A stretch of 63,858 nt of DNA, counting the filler, from Lama guanicoe (Eukaryota): assembly GCA_013239625.1 (NCBI GenBank). It is 205 parts of 205 records of this genome, joined end to end, with 100 filler letters (N's around TTAATTAATTAA, not from the genome) between each part and the next. Parts side by side here need not be neighbours in the genome. Positions count along the whole stretch, not along the records: positions 38,689 to 38,900 come from PNXV01036767.1; positions 39,001 to 39,212 come from PNXV01036768.1; positions 39,313 to 39,524 come from PNXV01036769.1; positions 39,625 to 39,836 come from PNXV01036770.1; positions 39,937 to 40,148 come from PNXV01036771.1; positions 40,249 to 40,460 come from PNXV01036772.1; positions 40,561 to 40,772 come from PNXV01036773.1; positions 40,873 to 41,084 come from PNXV01036774.1; 197 more parts are not named here. The stretch is one strand, 5' to 3'. The translations under genes were made by a program, and so were the position numbers. The notes beneath the pieces were generated by a model. That model saw nothing but the letters and a program-made list of their open reading frames with translations, was not told where the DNA came from and ran no database searches. Positions 38,689-50,755 of the stretch are shown here, piece by piece (within the stretch, counting starts at the first letter, position 1; every line of letters starts with the position of its first letter).

Positions 38689-38900
38689 CCTTGTTAAATT
38701 CCTTTTTACTGCAATAGATTATCTGAAGATTGCTTTGGATTTTCTATGTACAAATAATTTTGGAGTAAGGCAAAGGTACCCACTCCAAATGCTTCTATTC
38801 AATATTTTACTGGAGCTACCAGCCAGTTCAATACTGCAGGGAGAAAAAATAGCTACACACATACATACACATGCGCACAGAATAAATTAACAAAAGAAGA
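38689..38900. mobile_element. Old LINE-1 ORF2 with an internal inversion junction near 38760
   Basis: 38689..38758 reads YIENPKQSSDNLL on the minus strand. From 38762 the plus strand reads GVRQRYPLQMLLFNILLELPASSI (L1 [21 protein letters not shown]). Confidence 0.75.
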
Positions 38901-40264
38901 NNNNNNNNNNNNNNNNNNNNNNNNNNNNNNNNNNNNNNNNNNNNTTAATTAATTAANNNNNNNNNNNNNNNNNNNNNNNNNNNNNNNNNNNNNNNNNNNN
39001 CTTTGTTTCACTGCGGAAAGAACCCTCAGATCCCTCCTTTAGTTGCAGATGTCACATATCTCCCAGTGACACAGCAGGGACGCCGGGAGCTCTGTGTGAG
39101 CGGGGAAGGTGACTTTCCGAGCCCCTGGCACGGTTCTGGGTGTTTTCTGTTCTGTGGACTCATAGCTTCCTGTTTTAAGGTCTGAGAGGCCATTGCTGGA
39201 GGGCCTGGGGGTNNNNNNNNNNNNNNNNNNNNNNNNNNNNNNNNNNNNNNNNNNNNTTAATTAATTAANNNNNNNNNNNNNNNNNNNNNNNNNNNNNNNN
39301 NNNNNNNNNNNNATCAGTCCCTGTTACTTACCTCTCTCATGAACTGTATTGACCTGTTAACGATTTTTTTCCTGTTCTCCCTTCAAATCTTAGATTTCAT
39401 GTTTAGAACTCTTTGGCTTGTATAATATGCATGTGCTGATTTGCAGGGACTGGCTACCTCAGCTATTCATTGGCTACATCTGCCTTAAGCATCTGGTTGC
39501 ACCAGCACCCCTCCCAGATGGTAGNNNNNNNNNNNNNNNNNNNNNNNNNNNNNNNNNNNNNNNNNNNNTTAATTAATTAANNNNNNNNNNNNNNNNNNNN
39601 NNNNNNNNNNNNNNNNNNNNNNNNGCATGTGGAGAGACGTTCGTTCATCTAGCACAAATGGAACAGGATGAAGGAGAAACACTTACTCTGGTTCTCAGTG
39701 TGTTTCCTAGTTCTATTTGAAGTTCCACAGTTTTCAATGTAAAACCGAGTTGGAGTTTTTCCTCATCATATAAATTTATGAAGTGTTTTTCTCAACTGAA
39801 GTGAAATTTTGTGTTCGAAACAAGCTATTTGAAGGANNNNNNNNNNNNNNNNNNNNNNNNNNNNNNNNNNNNNNNNNNNNTTAATTAATTAANNNNNNNN
39901 NNNNNNNNNNNNNNNNNNNNNNNNNNNNNNNNNNNNCAAGCGTGCTCATTTTGAGGGAAAAGAATCCGAACCATTAAAATGTGAAATTACTTGCATGCTG
40001 AAACATCTTTGCAAAATAGGATGGAACGGTTTTATACAGAAAAGAGCAGCAGGTGACCCTCTTACACTAAGGGTGGCAGCCCTCAGACACTCAGCAAACG
40101 GAGGCTAGTAGGATGGATAACAAGGTCCACTGTATGGGAGACGGACTGNNNNNNNNNNNNNNNNNNNNNNNNNNNNNNNNNNNNNNNNNNNNTTAATTAA
40201 TTAANNNNNNNNNNNNNNNNNNNNNNNNNNNNNNNNNNNNNNNNNNNNGGAATAAAAGAGGAAG

Positions 40265-40440
40265 CCTACTGTAATAGCTCAAGGGTATGGGGTTTCATTT
40301 TGAGGTCATGAAAATGTTCTAATATTGGTTGTGGTGATACATGCACAAATCTCTGAATATATTAAAAAACACTAAATTGTGTACTTTGGGTGAATTGTAT
40401 GGTATTTGAATTATAGCTCAATAAATGTTATAAAAAATAT
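40265..40440 (+). mobile_element. L1MB/MC-type 3' terminus
   Basis: gggtatggggtttc..tgaaaatgttctaa..tggtgat..tgcacaa..tgaatata..gggtgaattgtatggtatttgaattatagctcaataaa. Confidence 0.88.
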
Positions 40441-40574
40441 GGAGCAGCAGAAAAAAAAAANNNNNNNNNNNNNNNNNNNNNNNNNNNNNNNNNNNNNNNN
40501 NNNNTTAATTAATTAANNNNNNNNNNNNNNNNNNNNNNNNNNNNNNNNNNNNNNNNNNNNTGCTGCCCACCAGA

Positions 40575-40738
40575 GAAGGGTCAGGCTCACCCAGGTAATT
40601 CAGGATAGTGTCCCTGTTTTAAGTTCAGCTGATTAGTAACTTTAATTACACCTGCAAAGTCCTTTTTGCCACCTAATATAACATGGTTGAGTAACACGAG
40701 GGAGCAAAGGTCAGGGGGCTGCTGTTCTGCCTACTGCA
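40575..40738 (-). mobile_element. MaLR MLT1 (D/E-like) LTR fragment
   Basis: caggctcacccaggtaattcaggata..tttaagttcagctgattagtaactttaattacacctgcaaagtccttttgcc..ttctgcctact. Confidence 0.75.
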
Positions 40739-41610
40739 TTTCCTTGTCCAGAACCAGTGATTACCAGAAAAANNNNNNNNNNNNNNNNNNNNNNNNNNNN
40801 NNNNNNNNNNNNNNNNTTAATTAATTAANNNNNNNNNNNNNNNNNNNNNNNNNNNNNNNNNNNNNNNNNNNNAAGTTATAAGCTTGTACATGAACTGCTT
40901 CCCAAGTTTCATCTTACTGTATGATGGGATTAAAAAATAAAACATTGGAAGACCTTGCTGGGAATACTGTAAAACTAATGATATTCAGATCTTAATGTAT
41001 GACATCTGAGAAAGACTAACCAGGGGAGTTCTTGATCTTACAGAATGATCAGTACCATTGTAATACTATTAAGACACAATTCACNNNNNNNNNNNNNNNN
41101 NNNNNNNNNNNNNNNNNNNNNNNNNNNNTTAATTAATTAANNNNNNNNNNNNNNNNNNNNNNNNNNNNNNNNNNNNNNNNNNNNAAATTAATCTCTTCTA
41201 GCCTGAACTTTAATATTTAGTATTATCCAGAAATAGTTTACAAATTTGTGAAAGGTGGTTTCTATAAGAATTTTATTGAGTCAATCTTCAGTGTCAGAAG
41301 GAGACTCCGATCTGGAACTTGACAGTAAATCTGCGAAGACCACTGAAACTTGACATCTTTTATTTCCATATTTTATTTTTACAAAACCGAAAACTANNNN
41401 NNNNNNNNNNNNNNNNNNNNNNNNNNNNNNNNNNNNNNNNTTAATTAATTAANNNNNNNNNNNNNNNNNNNNNNNNNNNNNNNNNNNNNNNNNNNNGAGT
41501 GTGGAGGAGGCGCCCTGGGGACAGGGACTCAGGCCTCTGAGCGGAGGTGTCGGTGGGTTCTGCGTTGAGACGGGTCCTGTTGTGTTAGAAAAACTGCAAG
41601 CTGGACTCAC

Positions 41611-41662
41611 ATGCAGCCAGGAGGAGGCGCTGTTGCTGCTGCAGATGCAGCGGCTGCTCTTC
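41611..41662 (-). CDS. Candidate 52-nt internal exon, unidentified (e.g. EEQPLHLQQQQRLLLAA)
   Basis: Strong acceptor ccctttctcccag|G and donor CAT|gtgagt on the minus strand. All three frames are open, so the frame is uncertain. Confidence 0.45.
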
Positions 41663-42120
41663 CTGGGAGAAAGGGTTGCTATGACGATAGGTACCCCCAA
41701 GAACATGANNNNNNNNNNNNNNNNNNNNNNNNNNNNNNNNNNNNNNNNNNNNTTAATTAATTAANNNNNNNNNNNNNNNNNNNNNNNNNNNNNNNNNNNN
41801 NNNNNNNNACTTTGCCTAAGATCCATTCAAGATACTCTTTAGTTACATTTCCATTGAATTTTGGCCAGTTCTTGTATCATTCAAGATTTAGTCTGGGTTA
41901 TTTCCTTGATTAAGAACTGAATGGGCTGCAGATCTATTTGATAATTATGGTTTTAGACAAATGTTCACCAGCATTAGTTCTGTTAGCCAACCGAAAAGCA
42001 CTGTAGGCCTCATATCCAACNNNNNNNNNNNNNNNNNNNNNNNNNNNNNNNNNNNNNNNNNNNNTTAATTAATTAANNNNNNNNNNNNNNNNNNNNNNNN
42101 NNNNNNNNNNNNNNNNNNNN

Positions 42121-42332
42121 TGCATCACTTTGACTCTCTCCTGCCCGCTTCTTAGCATTTTAAAGATGCCTTACCATCTTTACACTTGTGATTACGCTGG
42201 GTCCACCCGGACAACCCTGGAGAATCCGTGTTCCTCAAAGTCAGCTAACAAGCCATTTATGTTTCATCCATACCGTAGCTTCCCCCTGGCCAGGTAACCT
42301 AGCAGATTCTGAGGTTCTGTGGGTCAGGATGG
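42121..42332 (-). mobile_element. MaLR MLT1D-like LTR fragment
   Basis: cttgtgattacgctgggtccacccggacaaccctggagaatc..aaagtcagcta..ggtaacctagcagattctgaggttctgtgggtcaggatgg. Confidence 0.75.
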
Positions 42333-42432
42333 NNNNNNNNNNNNNNNNNNNNNNNNNNNNNNNNNNNNNNNNNNNNTTAATTAATTAANNNNNNNNNNNN
42401 NNNNNNNNNNNNNNNNNNNNNNNNNNNNNNNN

Positions 42433-42644
42433 TGAAGTAAGTCAGAAAGAGAAAGAAAAATATCATATGATATTGCTTATACGTGGAATCTTAAAAAAAG
42501 GACACCAATGAACTTATCTACAAAAAACAGACTCAGAGACAGAGGACAAACTTGGTTACCAGTGGGTAAAGAGGGTGGGAAGAAATAAATTGGGTATTTG
42601 AAATTTGCACCTCTTGGGGAGTGATGAAAATGTTAGCTATCTTG
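42433..42644 (+). mobile_element. LINE-1 3' UTR (cetartiodactyl-type)
   Basis: tgaagtaagtcagaaagagaaagaaaaatatcatatgatattgcttatacgtggaatct..aatgaacttatctacaaaa..cagactca..ggttacca. Confidence 0.9.
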
Positions 42645-44711
42645 NNNNNNNNNNNNNNNNNNNNNNNNNNNNNNNNNNNNNNNNNNNNTTAATTAATTAA
42701 NNNNNNNNNNNNNNNNNNNNNNNNNNNNNNNNNNNNNNNNNNNNACTGTGGACAGGTCATATTTCCTTTCTAGGACCCAGTTTCCACATCTCTAGGACCA
42801 GTGATGTCCACTGGAAATATAGTGTGGGACATACTTGTAAACACATAGATAATTTTAAATTTTATAGTAACTTTTAAAAATACTAAAAAGTACACCATGT
42901 CAACAAAGAAAGGACAAAAACCACATGATCACCTCAATCAATATCCATTCATAATTNNNNNNNNNNNNNNNNNNNNNNNNNNNNNNNNNNNNNNNNNNNN
43001 TTAATTAATTAANNNNNNNNNNNNNNNNNNNNNNNNNNNNNNNNNNNNNNNNNNNNCACCAGAGCCTCTTCTCAGACTGGTTGCGTCTCAGTTTCCCAGA
43101 TGCACCCCGGGGTTTCCACTCTCACACCTTGGCCATGCTCTCAGTCCCCTCGCTGGCCCAGCACCCTCCCCCTTTCTGATGATGCAGCCATTGCCTCGCT
43201 CAAGGTAGAGCTCTCAGAGGGGTCTCCCCCGGGGGTTCCAGCCAACAGCCCTCTCTCTGTCCCCTGAANNNNNNNNNNNNNNNNNNNNNNNNNNNNNNNN
43301 NNNNNNNNNNNNTTAATTAATTAANNNNNNNNNNNNNNNNNNNNNNNNNNNNNNNNNNNNNNNNNNNNCATTGTTCTGGCAATGCATTCGCCATACACTG
43401 AAGTCACAGAGGCGCTTCTTAAAATGCAGTGCACTTTTGAGATACCTCTGTGGCCTCATCGCTTAATCTTCTCACTAAACTAACAAAAAAATAATGCATA
43501 TATTATATTGGCCTGCATTTGTTTCTAAAAGTACTGTCAGCATCATTCTGGCAATGAAAGATGAGTCATGTCAGGAAACCNNNNNNNNNNNNNNNNNNNN
43601 NNNNNNNNNNNNNNNNNNNNNNNNTTAATTAATTAANNNNNNNNNNNNNNNNNNNNNNNNNNNNNNNNNNNNNNNNNNNNCATGTGAGGTTTTCAAAGCC
43701 AGGTGTGAACCTGTGAGGGACAGACATTTTCCTGAAGGCTGAGAAGTGTCCACAAGGCAGGCAGAAGGTGAATCAATCAGATTTGTACACCCACTCTATG
43801 CTGCAGGGTCCTTGAGCCTTCAGGGAAAGAAGCGAAGGGTGAGAGCATTTAAGACAGAGGTGCCAGGCTTTCATTCTGGTCTGGGAGACATCNNNNNNNN
43901 NNNNNNNNNNNNNNNNNNNNNNNNNNNNNNNNNNNNTTAATTAATTAANNNNNNNNNNNNNNNNNNNNNNNNNNNNNNNNNNNNNNNNNNNNTATTTTCC
44001 TAGCATTTTTTGCCAGGAAAAATAGGTGTAAATTGTTATATTTTTTTATTTGTTTTCTTTCCCTTTAATGACAAGTAAATTTGATCATTGTCTAATGTTC
44101 TTAGAATTTTGGGGTATTAATTTTGTTTTTGGTAAATTGCCTGTTTATATTTTTCTGTGGATGTTTGTATTGAGTTGATTTTAGACATTCTCTGTTTATC
44201 CAAGNNNNNNNNNNNNNNNNNNNNNNNNNNNNNNNNNNNNNNNNNNNNTTAATTAATTAANNNNNNNNNNNNNNNNNNNNNNNNNNNNNNNNNNNNNNNN
44301 NNNNTCTAATTTCTGATAAGGCTTTGTTTCATAAAGTGGGTTGACTTCTGTGGAAGTAAATGAAAAGCAAAGAGAACAAACAGAGGCTACTGATTCAGCA
44401 CTGGGCTCGCTCCAGTGAGGGAGCCCTGCCTTTGGCAGCGACGCAAAGGCAGGCTGAGGAGCGGGAAGGCTTCCCAGCAAAGAGGAAAGGGCTTCGGTGG
44501 GCCCTGCTGGGCGGCCNNNNNNNNNNNNNNNNNNNNNNNNNNNNNNNNNNNNNNNNNNNNTTAATTAATTAANNNNNNNNNNNNNNNNNNNNNNNNNNNN
44601 NNNNNNNNNNNNNNNNCACGATGCAGGAGTGAGACTTGTGCCTGGGAGCTGGGCTGTTCAACTCAATAGACTAGTGTTTACCAAACAATGGCTTGTGGGA
44701 CAAGCAACAAA

Positions 44712-44820
44712 ATAATTACCTGGTGCATTTGTGGATTCTGGGGCCCCCCATCTCACACCTTCAGAATCCACAGTTTCATGGGTTTAGGAATTTGTATTCT
44801 TAACAGGCAGTTCTGGTGTT
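44712..44820. mobile_element. MER5A-like hAT MITE remnant
   Basis: attacctgg..gattctggggccccatctca..gaatc..aggaatttgtattcttaacagg. Confidence 0.6.
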
Positions 44821-45240
44821 TCTTCTCTNNNNNNNNNNNNNNNNNNNNNNNNNNNNNNNNNNNNNNNNNNNNTTAATTAATTAANNNNNNNNNNNNNNNN
44901 NNNNNNNNNNNNNNNNNNNNNNNNNNNNAGATCAATAATATAATATATGCTAATATGCTCTATAAATTGTAGAGAATATTCTGTCAAACGCTTAGTTTTT
45001 CCTCACTTATTCTTATGAATATTATTATATCTAAACTAAACGACATGGAAAACAAAACAATTCGGTATGAATAAGTTCAGTTTTCCTTTCGAAATAAGTA
45101 CAGTATTAGACGTCAGATATCTATGTGCTTGCATGTCTGTNNNNNNNNNNNNNNNNNNNNNNNNNNNNNNNNNNNNNNNNNNNNTTAATTAATTAANNNN
45201 NNNNNNNNNNNNNNNNNNNNNNNNNNNNNNNNNNNNNNNN

Positions 45241-45452
45241 CATGAACACCACAATTAAAATTACAATACTATTTCCAATTGCTCCAAGAGAATTAAATAT
45301 TTATATGTAAAGTTAACAAAACACGCACAGGTCTTGTAAACCATGAACTTAAAATGGTTGACAAAAAAGTCAGAGATGCAAATGAGTGCAAACACACACC
45401 ACGTTCATAGACTGGAAGACAATGCAGTAAAGATGTCAATGCTCCCAAAAAT
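45241..45452 (+). mobile_element. Old LINE-1 ORF2 remnant
   Basis: aaatattta..aagttaacaaaaca..ccacgttcatagactggaagac..gtaaagatgtcaatgctcccaaa. Confidence 0.8.
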
Positions 45453-45552
45453 NNNNNNNNNNNNNNNNNNNNNNNNNNNNNNNNNNNNNNNNNNNNTTAA
45501 TTAATTAANNNNNNNNNNNNNNNNNNNNNNNNNNNNNNNNNNNNNNNNNNNN

Positions 45553-45764
45553 AATCATTTGGAAGAGTTTGAGGAGGACTGGTATGGATTTTTCTTTGTA
45601 TGTTTCATCAAAAACACCATTGAAGCTATTTGGGTTTGAATTTTGTTTGCAGGGATTTAATTTTTTTTTATTGATAAGTCTATTCCAATTCTGGTGATCT
45701 GTGTGTTCAAATGTGTAATTTCTCCTTGATGCAATATTGGTGGGCTGAATGTTTCCAAAAACTT
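45553..45764 (-). mobile_element. LINE-1 ORF2 remnant
   Basis: ttggaagagtttgaggaggactggtatg..ttctttgtatgtt..tgaagctatttggg..tctattccaatt..gtttccaaaaactt. Confidence 0.78.
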
Positions 45765-45934
45765 NNNNNNNNNNNNNNNNNNNNNNNNNNNNNNNNNNNN
45801 NNNNNNNNTTAATTAATTAANNNNNNNNNNNNNNNNNNNNNNNNNNNNNNNNNNNNNNNNNNNNACTAGGATTTTAGCATATGGACTTTAGGGGGACACA
45901 AATATTCTGACCATGGCAAGTATGTACATTAGTA

Positions 45935-46058
45935 ATATATGTTTATATATTTAGTATTTATTATATATATATGTATATTTGATATATACATATACTAAGT
46001 GTGTGTGTGTGTGTATATATGTATATGTGTGTGTGTGTGTGTGTGTATATATATACAT
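45935..46058 (+). repeat. Compound (TA)n/(TG)n microsatellite
   Basis: Seen directly. Confidence 0.92.
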
Positions 46059-46488
46059 GCTTATATTAAAGAAAAGNNNNNNNNNNNNNNNNNNNNNNNN
46101 NNNNNNNNNNNNNNNNNNNNTTAATTAATTAANNNNNNNNNNNNNNNNNNNNNNNNNNNNNNNNNNNNNNNNNNNNGTGATGATCCCATTTAGAAACACC
46201 ACAGTACGTCTATGGTGTGTGCACTATTTTGAAGGGCTATGTGACGTAAATCAAAAGATCTATGTACAGTTATCGCAGGACCGCTGAGAAAGTGCTGTAA
46301 GATTCCTTCATTTTACTCTATTCATCAATGATTGTGAACCCCCTCTCCACCCTCCCCTTAAAAATCAAACAACCCAACTGCCAACATGNNNNNNNNNNNN
46401 NNNNNNNNNNNNNNNNNNNNNNNNNNNNNNNNTTAATTAATTAANNNNNNNNNNNNNNNNNNNNNNNNNNNNNNNNNNNNNNNNNNNN

Positions 46489-46700
46489 CCCCGCGCGTGC
46501 CCGTGGCCGCGCGCTCTCCCACCGCGGGCGCGGTGGGGGCGCCTAGGCAGGAAGGGCGGCGCGCGCTTGCCACGCCCACAGCCCGCCGCGCCCCCGGGCG
46601 GGCCGCCTTCAAAGACGCAAACACCGCCTCGCGCCTTTGGACCCGAGAGGCCCGAGGTTCACGAGGACTCTCGCGGCCGGCCGCGCCCCCGGGTCTCGGT
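46489..46700. promoter_or_regulatory. CpG-island fragment
   Basis: Very GC-rich with dense CpG, including CGCG and GCGC runs. Confidence 0.78.
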
Positions 46701-47736
46701 NNNNNNNNNNNNNNNNNNNNNNNNNNNNNNNNNNNNNNNNNNNNTTAATTAATTAANNNNNNNNNNNNNNNNNNNNNNNNNNNNNNNNNNNNNNNNNNNN
46801 ACTCCCAAATCACCTGATCCTTACCCTCATTTTTTTGGCAGTCCTGGCACTCTGCATCCATAAACTCTAAAGAAGAACCATGGTCTGCTGACTCACATTT
46901 AAATACATATTTTAAAAATAATTATTTCCTGAAAACTGATCTTTGAATCCATCACCCCTACATGTTTTAGTTGTCCAAGTTCCAGTCTTGTCTTTCCTCT
47001 AAGGTTTTCTCANNNNNNNNNNNNNNNNNNNNNNNNNNNNNNNNNNNNNNNNNNNNTTAATTAATTAANNNNNNNNNNNNNNNNNNNNNNNNNNNNNNNN
47101 NNNNNNNNNNNNGAAACCCTCAGGATAGACTCAGCGGGCCCCCCAGGGCCTAGGACCCTGACGCCACCCGAGCCCTCAGGCCAAGTCCTTCCCCTCCCTT
47201 CCCCGCAGCCAGAGCCAGACCACCTTCTTCAGACCCCCTTTCCCGGGCCTGTTATCCTCTCACTTACTATTCCCGAGGGTTGGGGCACTCCCTGCATCCC
47301 CAGGCTGGCCACATCCCCCTCATCNNNNNNNNNNNNNNNNNNNNNNNNNNNNNNNNNNNNNNNNNNNNTTAATTAATTAANNNNNNNNNNNNNNNNNNNN
47401 NNNNNNNNNNNNNNNNNNNNNNNNAAGAGCCCGGGACAGGGGCGGTGGCATCCACTGCTTACCCAGGCGGGGGGGCACAGGGAGAGAAAAACTCACTCCG
47501 CCAGACAGGCTGGGCACGAGCTGGGTCTGAGGCACTGGGACGCCAGTGAAGAGCAGACTCTGTACGAGGTTTGGCAGAGAGGAATGTGGAGTTGAGGGAA
47601 CTTCAGGTCATGGGGCTGTGTGAGGGTCTCAGGCAGNNNNNNNNNNNNNNNNNNNNNNNNNNNNNNNNNNNNNNNNNNNNTTAATTAATTAANNNNNNNN
47701 NNNNNNNNNNNNNNNNNNNNNNNNNNNNNNNNNNNN

Positions 47737-47948
47737 ACAGCAATATTTTTTATGACCAGCTCCTAGAGTAATGGAAATAAAAGCGAAAAATAAATAAATG
47801 GGATCTAATTAGACTTAAAATGTTTTGTACAGTTAAGGATATCATAAATAACATGAAAAGACAACCTACAGAATGGAAGAAAATATTTGCAAACGATGCG
47901 ACTGACAAGGGACTAATTTCCAAAACATACAACCAACACATACAGCTT
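47737..47948 (+). mobile_element. LINE-1 ORF2 C-terminal fragment (relatively young)
   Basis: PRVMEIKAKINKWDLIRLKMFCTVKDIINNMKRQPTEWKKIFANDATDKGLISKTYNQ. Confidence 0.93.
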
Positions 47949-48740
47949 NNNNNNNNNNNNNNNNNNNNNNNNNNNNNNNNNNNNNNNNNNNNTTAATTAA
48001 TTAANNNNNNNNNNNNNNNNNNNNNNNNNNNNNNNNNNNNNNNNNNNNAGGGAAAAGGCTTACCTGGCCTTCGTGAATTTTTGTCTGAATGGCTTCTAAA
48101 GGCCCCTTGGAAAGTGTGGATTCTCACGACTTCTTCCAAGAACAGGAGCGTATTGATCATCTCTGCCATCTATTCTTTTGCAGACTTCAGGGACCTTGGA
48201 CCCGTTCTTGCAGAAGACAATTGAGGAACTTCCTCAAGTCCACGTTGGCACTCCGTATGTNNNNNNNNNNNNNNNNNNNNNNNNNNNNNNNNNNNNNNNN
48301 NNNNTTAATTAATTAANNNNNNNNNNNNNNNNNNNNNNNNNNNNNNNNNNNNNNNNNNNNAGTGGCCCTGATGAGCAAGCCTCATTGCTGACCTGCAAAG
48401 GACATAGAACTCTAGCAATAAATTAATCCTCACCATTTTAAGCCACTAAAATTCTGTGATTGTCCACAGCATCACTTAGCCTTGTCTGACTTATGCACTA
48501 TGCATTATGTTTTCTGTTTGACATAGAAAATCCACTGTATCTCTGTTCATATCAAGAATTTGTAAAAATTAANNNNNNNNNNNNNNNNNNNNNNNNNNNN
48601 NNNNNNNNNNNNNNNNTTAATTAATTAANNNNNNNNNNNNNNNNNNNNNNNNNNNNNNNNNNNNNNNNNNNNTAGCTATATTAAGATATTAAACATGAGA
48701 TGAATTAAAATTTCCAAAACTTGAATTCACTTTACTTTAG

Positions 48741-48766
48741 AGAAGAAGGTGGTCTTGTTTGACGAG
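48741..48766 (+). CDS. Candidate 26-nt micro-exon (x-KKVVLFDE), unidentified
   Basis: Acceptor ttcactttactttag| and donor GAG|gtgagt flank a purine-rich island in AT-rich DNA. Confidence 0.4.
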
Positions 48767-50031
48767 GTGAGTATCTTAACTAATCACATCACCACCACCA
48801 ACAATACTAGTAAACATCATGATTGAATGGTTTTCATTCTTTAGGCCTCGTGATGCATGGGTGACTTAAATAATTTCTACTCATNNNNNNNNNNNNNNNN
48901 NNNNNNNNNNNNNNNNNNNNNNNNNNNNTTAATTAATTAANNNNNNNNNNNNNNNNNNNNNNNNNNNNNNNNNNNNNNNNNNNNAGGGATAGGGAGGTCA
49001 AGGTCAAGGGCCTGGAGAGCCTTCTGGGAGACAGGAAGGGCCTTCTAAAGGAAGACAATGTTGGACAAACAAGCCCAATTTAGCCTTAACGCCTTAGCCC
49101 TCGGAGAGGTGCTATGACACGGTTATCACCATCTGGACTTATCTACAAGCCCAACCGTCTCTGGACTTCTGTGTGGGTCCAATGCGGCAGGGAAGANNNN
49201 NNNNNNNNNNNNNNNNNNNNNNNNNNNNNNNNNNNNNNNNTTAATTAATTAANNNNNNNNNNNNNNNNNNNNNNNNNNNNNNNNNNNNNNNNNNNNAAGC
49301 CCGGGGAGGTCACCTCGGTCCCCTCAGCCCACAGAGGGAGCGCTGAGGGACCCAGGTCCGTGAGAATCAGAGATCACTGGCATCTCCTCTTACCGTGAGG
49401 AAGGCTTGAGAAGGAAGTACCGACGCTGGTTCGAAACCAGAAGGTTTTCAGGAAAACAGAGGATTGCAAACGTGTCATCACCTCTTTCGTGTTCTTGTCT
49501 CGTCTGTGNNNNNNNNNNNNNNNNNNNNNNNNNNNNNNNNNNNNNNNNNNNNTTAATTAATTAANNNNNNNNNNNNNNNNNNNNNNNNNNNNNNNNNNNN
49601 NNNNNNNNAGCTCTCTTCACTCACAGGTGTTCCCTGTTCGGGGAAGTCGGAGAAGTAATTTCCCTTACCTTGGGGAGGCAGCCTCTGACATTGGGATATC
49701 CTGCAAACCTCCCTAGCATTCCCTGGCACAGAGACATTAAGAAAAAACTCAGGGGTGACGAGCTTATTCTTTCCGTTAGAACCCACGATCTGCCGACCGT
49801 TGGTGGAACCTCCCCACGCNNNNNNNNNNNNNNNNNNNNNNNNNNNNNNNNNNNNNNNNNNNNTTAATTAATTAANNNNNNNNNNNNNNNNNNNNNNNNN
49901 NNNNNNNNNNNNNNNNNNNTTGAATTGCTGCTGAACACTAAATATGAATTTTCTACCTTTGAATTTACTTGTGACAAATTCTTTTCTCCTCTTTCTGATG
50001 CTTATTTCAGGCACAAAATACCAAAAATATT

Positions 50032-50131
50032 GTGAAAAAGAATATGAAAATCAATATATGTATGTTCATGTATGAGTGAAACATTATGCTGTACACCAGA
50101 AATTAAGACAACATTATAAATGAACTGTACA
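50032..50131 (+). mobile_element. Young L1 3' terminus (camelid-type), 5'-truncated
   Basis: gtgaaaaagaatatgaaaatcaatatatgtatgttcatgtatgagtgaaacattatgctgtacaccagaaatt..caacattataaa. Confidence 0.85.
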
Positions 50132-50543
50132 NNNNNNNNNNNNNNNNNNNNNNNNNNNNNNNNNNNNNNNNNNNNTTAATTAATTAANNNNNNNNNNNNN
50201 NNNNNNNNNNNNNNNNNNNNNNNNNNNNNNNCTCCGCTGTCCACTTGGGCGTAGGCCTGCCAAAGACAAGAGGGGGAAACTTCTGAGAGGGAATCTGTTC
50301 AGCTGCACCAACGGCGGTGCCGGGTGGTGATGAGTCGGGCTACGGCAGCCTGCCTTTTGTGTACGGGAGGCCGTGGGGGAGAAGACCCAAGTGCACAGAT
50401 GAACATCCCTTTCTATCTAACGGAAGCACACGCAAAGACCTGCNNNNNNNNNNNNNNNNNNNNNNNNNNNNNNNNNNNNNNNNNNNNTTAATTAATTAAN
50501 NNNNNNNNNNNNNNNNNNNNNNNNNNNNNNNNNNNNNNNNNNN

Positions 50544-50755
50544 AGCCACTATGGAAAACAGTATGGAGGTCCCTCAAAAAATTAAAAATGGAACTACTAG
50601 ATAATGCATCAAGTCTACTCCTGGATATCACTCCCTAAAAAACCAAAAGCACTAATTTGAAAGGATATACGTACCCCAATGTTCATAGCAGTATTATTTA
50701 CAATAGCCAAGATATGGAAGAAACCTAAGTGTCCATCAACAGAAGAATGGATAAA
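50544..50755 (+). mobile_element. LINE-1 ORF2 3' end
   Basis: agccactatggaaaacagtatggaggtccctcaaaaaattaaaaat..accccaatgttcatagcag..caatagccaagatatggaag..tgtccatcaacag. Confidence 0.93.

Noticed and set aside
48049..48260. Strong minus-strand donor CAG|gtaagc with an upstream short ORF
   Set aside because: All three frames contain stops across the contig and the peptide is unrecognised; a donor alone is insufficient.
50232..50256. Strong minus-strand acceptor tttccccctcttgtctttggcag
   Set aside because: Only 25 nt of putative exon before the contig edge; it cannot be evaluated.
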